Shown one piece after another: positions 27,374-32,186 of a stretch of DNA of 32,186 bases (position 1 is the stretch's first letter; every line of letters starts with the position of its first letter). The stretch is from Pseudomonadota bacterium (GTDB lineage: Bacteria; Pseudomonadota; Gammaproteobacteria; Pseudomonadales; Oceanobacteraceae). The position numbers and the translations under genes were made by a program. The notes under the pieces were generated by a model that was not told the DNA's origin, searched no databases, and saw nothing but the letters and a program-made list of their open reading frames with translations. The stretch covers positions 1 through 32,186 of the forward strand of contig JAYYHP010000001.1 in NCBI GenBank assembly GCA_036148335.1. The letters are read 5' to 3'.

Positions 27374-30300
27374 ATGCTCAAGCTTCGGAAAGCATGCAGC
27401 GCGCTCACTATTACCGCGCTGACGATCTTCACCAGCCCGGCCGTCATGGCTGAAGCTCAATTCTACCTGCTGGCAAAACCGGGGCCGGTTGCTTCCATCA
27501 CGGGGACCACCCGCTCGCCGCAGACCGTGTATCTGCGCTGGGATCTGGTCGAGGGCGAATTACCAGCGGATATCAGCCTGTTCCGTCTCTACCGCGATGG
27601 TGCTGAGATCGGTGAGTTCCCGGTATCTGGCACCATGACAGAAGCTGAAATTACCCAACTTTATCAAGGGCCACATCAACAGCGCCGTCTGTTGGAACGC
27701 GTCGCGGCACTTAAGGAAGAAGCTGCGCGCGATGACGATGTCAGCGATTTCCCGGTCAGCCAGTTTGCCGGCCGAATTTATGATCGCCTGAACTCAGACA
27801 GTGACACCTTCTGGACCTCCTTCACTGCGACTCAGGACTTCAACGTCGCCGCCGCACGCTACCGAGCGACTTACGATTATCCGGGCACTGGCACTTTTGC
27901 TTATGAACTGAAAGCCGTCAGTACCACGGGGACAGAGCGCCGCGTCGGTTACGCCGAAGTCGACACCTCGCAACCCGCCACTGTGCTCGAAAATCAGGGC
28001 TTTGCCCAAGTTATGCAGAGTGCCTGTGATGAACCCGACTTCCGTGATCACTACACGGTTGCACTGAACTGGGATGGCCCTCAGACCGGCAGTCAGGCGG
28101 ACGAGCTGGCACACCGCCTTTTCGTTGCGGGTTACGACCTGTACCGCAGTAGTAGCAACCTTGATGTTTCAGTGACTTCAGCACCTGTTCGCAATCTTGC
28201 GAATGAAGCGGCTGCCGCCAGCGCAGACTCTCAGGGCAATGCTCAGTTTGCTGGCCTTGAGCGCGTCAACGACGTGCTGGTGCTGTCTCAGCCAGACAAT
28301 ACCGACACCGCCGAGTGGCTTGAAACCCGTGAAGACCTGCTCAAAGCGGGGCTGCAACCCGGTGACAAACGTGCCTACTATCTTGTAGCGCGTGACTTCA
28401 GTGGTCAGTTAGGCCCGACCATGGCGACCATAGTGACGGTGCCCGATATGGCACGGCCACCTGCGCCATGGGATATCCGCACGTATCTGGATGAAGCCAC
28501 GCAGGAAGCCGAACTCAGCTTTCCGGCGATCAACGTCACTTCATACCTTGAACGCGCGAGCGACAGCCGTGAGATCTGTCTGACCGATGCCGTTGACGAC
28601 GGTGTGATCGAGTTTGTACCAGAAGGTGAGAACTGCACAACCTTCCCGACGACGCGCGTCCATACCGAGATTGACGAATACCTGCTGTATCGCTTTGAAA
28701 GCTTCGATGCCGCCAGCAAGTTCAAAGACAGCGACGGCGATGGCTACCCGGATATGACCGAGCGCCTGTCTGGCACTCAGTGCTCTCCAGCCACCAGCGA
28801 CGGTCCGTTTTTGGCCGCGCGCATTGCTCCTGAAGCTGATGAACTCGGCCGCGTCCGCATTACCGACGCCGAACCCGCCGACAACAAAGGCGATATTTAC
28901 TGGTATCGCATCGCAGCCAAAAGCAAAGGTGGCAACTACAGCCTGCTGACGGAACCTGTGCGGATAAACTTCCCAGACCGCGATTTACCGGCCGCGCCGG
29001 AAGTGGGTATGACCCGACCTGAACGTCAGATCTGTGACTGTGCGATCAGTTACAGTGGTACAGACACGCCATGGCAGATGTCGGTCTCGTCAGCACTCGA
29101 TTCATCGAGCATCCGCGCCAGTTGTCAGGGCGTTGATCTGGGCTTAACAGAGAAGCAGATACTCAGCCCAACGGACAGCGGCGATGCCTGTGCCATTTAC
29201 AACTACGCCTGCAACGACAGCTTCCCAACCTTTACGTTGAATACCGGCAGTGGCCAGCGTCAATGTGAAGTGACCCCAACCGGTGGTAATAACTTCTGCT
29301 ATTCCGGCACCATGAGCATTGAGCCTGTGTACTGCGATGAGCCCGTTCCATTCAACGGCGGCATCAGTCGCACCCCGGTGACGATTGCAATCCAACCACC
29401 TGCTGGCAGCTGCGCCACTCTGTATCAACGCATTGGCGGACTCTCGACACGAGTAGGCACAAGCTGTAGCGAAACTGATCCGGTACTGGAATACACACAC
29501 GATCAGGGCGAGTTCTGTGGCTATGCCGTCGCTCAGGACGGCAACAACAATATCTCGCCAGTCACCACGATCCCGTGTCTGGTCATTGCCGATGATATGG
29601 CGCCCGCCCCAGTCACGCCGCGACTGACCGATCTATTACTGGGCAGCAGCGAAGCAACCCTGCACTGGTACTCACCCAATCAGCCACAAACAGTCAATGA
29701 AGTAGAGCTGGAACGCACCGCACCGGCCGGTCTGGCTCCGATGCGCACTTCTGTCGGCGCTCAGAATGGTGGCGATTTGCAGGCAATATTCACTCTGCCC
29801 CCACAAGCTTCGAGCACCGAGGAATGGTGTGCCCGCGTGCGCTCGTATGGCCTATCCACCGATATCAGCAAGCCAAGCATGTCGGACTGGAGTGCACCTG
29901 TGTGTGTAACCCGCTCTACCTCTGTGCGTCCCGCCTGGCTTCCCTGGCCAGTCGCGGAAGAAATCCCCCAGGGCGACGACCTGTATCCACAAAACAATCA
30001 GATCGCAGCCAGCCCAATACGCAGTCCGTTAAGCAACGGCCTGCATATTCCACTGACGGATATATTCCTGCCTGCAAGTGGTAAATGTGAACGTTCGCTG
30101 AGCAGAAGCGGATACGCACAGAACTATGATCAGGTCGATGGTGATACCTGGCTCCACCTTGAATGCCCGACGTCCTCGGCAGCACCGCATAAGGCAGATA
30201 TCAATAGTGCACTGAACATGATGGTATTCCGCCAGGCTCGTAATACTGCTGGCCAGACATCAGAGCTGATTCAGGTATCGCCGTTGTTGCAGCTGGCGTT

Positions 30301-30562
30301 CTGGAACCCAGAGCTGCCATACAAAACCGATAGCACAGGCAAAGTATGGCTGAATGACCCGTATATCTGGTTGAGAGCGGATCTTGACAAGGTCGTTAAT
30401 GGCGAAATCCGCACAACCGTTGCATTTGTCGACCGTGCGGGCCTGATTGACGGGATGGAGTACCGCTATCAGATCGTCTGGTTTGATGATCGTCATGCGC
30501 TGCGTGAGTGGCGCATGTCTGACTGGACCGCCTACAGCGCCAGCACAGGAGGTGCCGAATGA
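27374..30562 (+). CDS. Large (~1062 aa) exported Cys-rich protein with FN3/Ig-like modules, function unknown
   Basis: ATG one base after the upstream TAA. Signal peptide ending AVMA|EA. FN3-like motifs (VYLRWD..FRLYRDG, LNWDGP..GYDLYRS, AYYLVARDFSG, YWYRIAAKSKGGNYS, DGMEYRYQIV) and one DSDGDG motif. Confidence 0.88.
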   Translation: MLKLRKACSALTITALTIFTSPAVMAEAQFYLLAKPGPVASITGTTRSPQTVYLRWDLVEGELPADISLFRLYRDGAEIGEFPVSGTMTEAEITQLYQGPHQQRRLLERVAALKEEAARDDDVSDFPVSQFAGRIYDRLNSDSDTFWTSFTATQDFNVAAARYRATYDYPGTGTFAYELKAVSTTGTERRVGYAEVDTSQPATVLENQGFAQVMQSACDEPDFRDHYTVALNWDGPQTGSQADELAHRLFVAGYDLYRSSSNLDVSVTSAPVRNLANEAAAASADSQGNAQFAGLERVNDVLVLSQPDNTDTAEWLETREDLLKAGLQPGDKRAYYLVARDFSGQLGPTMATIVTVPDMARPPAPWDIRTYLDEATQEAELSFPAINVTSYLERASDSREICLTDAVDDGVIEFVPEGENCTTFPTTRVHTEIDEYLLYRFESFDAASKFKDSDGDGYPDMTERLSGTQCSPATSDGPFLAARIAPEADELGRVRITDAEPADNKGDIYWYRIAAKSKGGNYSLLTEPVRINFPDRDLPAAPEVGMTRPERQICDCAISYSGTDTPWQMSVSSALDSSSIRASCQGVDLGLTEKQILSPTDSGDACAIYNYACNDSFPTFTLNTGSGQRQCEVTPTGGNNFCYSGTMSIEPVYCDEPVPFNGGISRTPVTIAIQPPAGSCATLYQRIGGLSTRVGTSCSETDPVLEYTHDQGEFCGYAVAQDGNNNISPVTTIPCLVIADDMAPAPVTPRLTDLLLGSSEATLHWYSPNQPQTVNEVELERTAPAGLAPMRTSVGAQNGGDLQAIFTLPPQASSTEEWCARVRSYGLSTDISKPSMSDWSAPVCVTRSTSVRPAWLPWPVAEEIPQGDDLYPQNNQIAASPIRSPLSNGLHIPLTDIFLPASGKCERSLSRSGYAQNYDQVDGDTWLHLECPTSSAAPHKADINSALNMMVFRQARNTAGQTSELIQVSPLLQLAFWNPELPYKTDSTGKVWLNDPYIWLRADLDKVVNGEIRTTVAFVDRAGLIDGMEYRYQIVWFDDRHALREWRMSDWTAYSASTGGAE

Positions 30563-32186
30563 AGCGTTTACCCATTTCAGTTATTGCCACCGCAATACTT
30601 ACTGGTACCAGCCTGCCCGTCGCGGCATCACTGTTTGATGATGCCTATAACAGCTACTGGGTAATTAACGAAGATACGGGCGAGATTACTGGCTACAGCT
30701 CTGGTAACTGGGAAGAGCGCTATCGCAACGCGCTGTATGTACCGGCTGCGAACGAACAGGTGTTAGTTAACTCGCTTGCCGCCAGTTCAACACCCATGTC
30801 CGCCCCGCTGGCCAGTCCTCAACCACTGATTTCGGTCATCGGCTTGCAGGAAGTTAATGTCGATAGCAGCACCGCTGAGTTAAATATCTCACCGACCAGC
30901 GGCTCTTACGACCAGACCGTCCGGGTGGTGATGGAAGCCGGCAGCACCAGTAGCGCCGATCAACTCCAGTGGCGCGTGAACGGAGGCGCCTGGCAATCGG
31001 TAGATATCGACACAGAAAACCGCAGCGCAACGGCTACCTTTATCGAAAATGGCGCCTATACCCTCAATGTTGAGCTTCTTCAGGGCGGGACGCTGCTCAG
31101 CAGCGCACAAATGCTCTACACCGTCGCCAGTGATCATCCATTGGGCAAACGGCGCGATAGCGACAACGATGGCATTCCGGATATCGTCGAGGCCGAGCTG
31201 GGCCTGAACGCGCTGAGTGAAGATGCCGATGTTGACCGCGATGGTGACGGCTGGAGCGACATCGATACGTATATCCGCTGCGGTGTTGTATCGCAGGCAG
31301 AGATTGACGCCCAGCCCGAAGCAGATCGCTGTACGGCCTTAAACGACGACGACAAAGATGGCTGGAGCAATTTCGACGAAGAGCTGCGCGGCACCCGCAT
31401 TGATGACCCGGAGGCTGCGTTGTCTTCAGCCTACGGCGCAGTAGGTTCACCCGCGTATTATCAGGAACAACAGCGCTATCGACAGTACCCGGCAGCGCGT
31501 CGCCTGTATGAGCGCGAGTATTTTATTCAACAAGCCGATGTTCCGGCTCTGTTACTGGACCTGCAGGCAACCACCTTCAGCGGCGACCCAATCTGGAATG
31601 TTAGCGATCTCATCAGCACCGAAGAGCTGACTAATGCCGGCCTGAGCATCAGCGATGTCGAACCAGAGCTGATTGCAGACACGGTTGCTTTCGTTATGGG
31701 AGGTACTCAGATTCCAGAATTCCGTGCCCCCGCAGCTTCCGGCGTCTTCCTGCGTGGTGAGTCCGTGTCATCTCTGCGTACGTCCATGACCTACCTGCCA
31801 CCGATAGGCGATGTTACGTTTGCAGAGTTTTCCGCAGATCCAGACGCCGCCGGCGACTGGGCCTCAGCCAGCGAGTGGCGCGACAACCTGGTGAAATGGC
31901 TGGGTAAAGAGCTGGTCATCGCGGGCTCACCGGGCCTGCACGAGTCGACCACACTGTCGCTTCTGATGCTGGAACAGGCCCTGCGTGACGAAGCCGACGA
32001 GCGTGAAGAAAGTCGCCTGCTGGAGCTGGGTAACCGCGAGCGTCCTGCGCCCTGGTTAGATGAGTGGCTCAGCGAACACCGTGCGCGCTTCCCCGTTACT
32101 GCGCCTGAATCCTTTTCCGGTACCTGCTTCTTCCGTGGCGATACCTTTTTGGTCAGCGGCTCTACAGAGGGCTGCGACATTTCGGT
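30559..32186 (+). CDS. Exported protein with Ig-like module and DxDxDG Ca-binding-type repeats, 3'-truncated (>542 aa; not in the ORF track)
   Basis: AGGAGG RBS and ATGA overlap with the previous stop. I translated frame 1 by hand and found no stop up to the window end: MKRLPISVIATAILTGTSLPVAA|SLFDD...ISPTSGSYDQTVRV...DSDNDGIPD...DRDGDGWSD...DDDKDGWSNFDE. Confidence 0.88.
   Translation, partial: MKRLPISVIATAILTGTSLPVAASLFDDAYNSYWVINEDTGEITGYSSGNWEERYRNALYVPAANEQVLVNSLAASSTPMSAPLASPQPLISVIGLQEVNVDSSTAELNISPTSGSYDQTVRVVMEAGSTSSADQLQWRVNGGAWQSVDIDTENRSATATFIENGAYTLNVELLQGGTLLSSAQMLYTVASDHPLGKRRDSDNDGIPDIVEAELGLNALSEDADVDRDGDGWSDIDTYIRCGVVSQAEIDAQPEADRCTALNDDDKDGWSNFDEELRGTRIDDPEAALSSAYGAVGSPAYYQEQQRYRQYPAARRLYEREYFIQQADVPALLLDLQATTFSGDPIWNVSDLISTEELTNAGLSISDVEPELIADTVAFVMGGTQIPEFRAPAASGVFLRGESVSSLRTSMTYLPPIGDVTFAEFSADPDAAGDWASASEWRDNLVKWLGKELVIAGSPGLHESTTLSLLMLEQALRDEADEREESRLLELGNRERPAPWLDEWLSEHRARFPVTAPESFSGTCFFRGDTFLVSGSTEGCDIS

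Noticed and set aside
1-32186. Numerous 60-150 aa ORFs overlapping or antisense to long genes
   Set aside because: They are shadow frames of well-supported genes, with no recognisable motifs.
20941-32186. Multiheme cytochrome or electron-conduit cluster, suggested by Cys richness
   Set aside because: No CxxCH motifs; the closest, CNPLCH, has three intervening residues and occurs once.
1-32186. CRISPR array, tRNA, rRNA, riboswitch or IS element
   Set aside because: Intergenic gaps are all under ~250 bp, and I saw no repeat-spacer pattern, cloverleaf or transposase. A covariance-model scan was not possible.

Overview
Chromosomal window from a gammaproteobacterium. The gene order (pckA, tex, gshA, fliL-like, dsbB, rsd/algQ, TIGR02444-like, yheS) is Pseudomonas/Oceanospirillales-like; this taxonomy is an inference. 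The left ~18 kb is mostly housekeeping backbone with several extras: a four-gene module of two spondin-domain exported proteins plus an OmpR-family two-component system (930-4728), a TonB-dependent receptor, and a DUF4336-like gene interrupted by one in-frame TGA. The right ~14 kb is the most unusual part. A 6-TM hybrid histidine kinase and a NarL/LuxR regulator are transcribed divergently from a tightly coupled operon of at least three very large, acidic, exported proteins: (1) a ~2143-aa Cys-rich lipoprotein with a Calx-beta domain, a ~490-aa amphipathic helical block and a Gly-rich beta C-terminus; (2) a ~1062-aa Cys-rich FN3-like protein; (3) a >542-aa protein with DxDxDG repeats that runs off the window and is absent from the ORF track. 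I cannot assign this operon to a named system, and it is the best candidate for something undescribed. I saw no rRNA, tRNA, CRISPR array or transposase. Family calls come from motif recognition by eye, not database searches.
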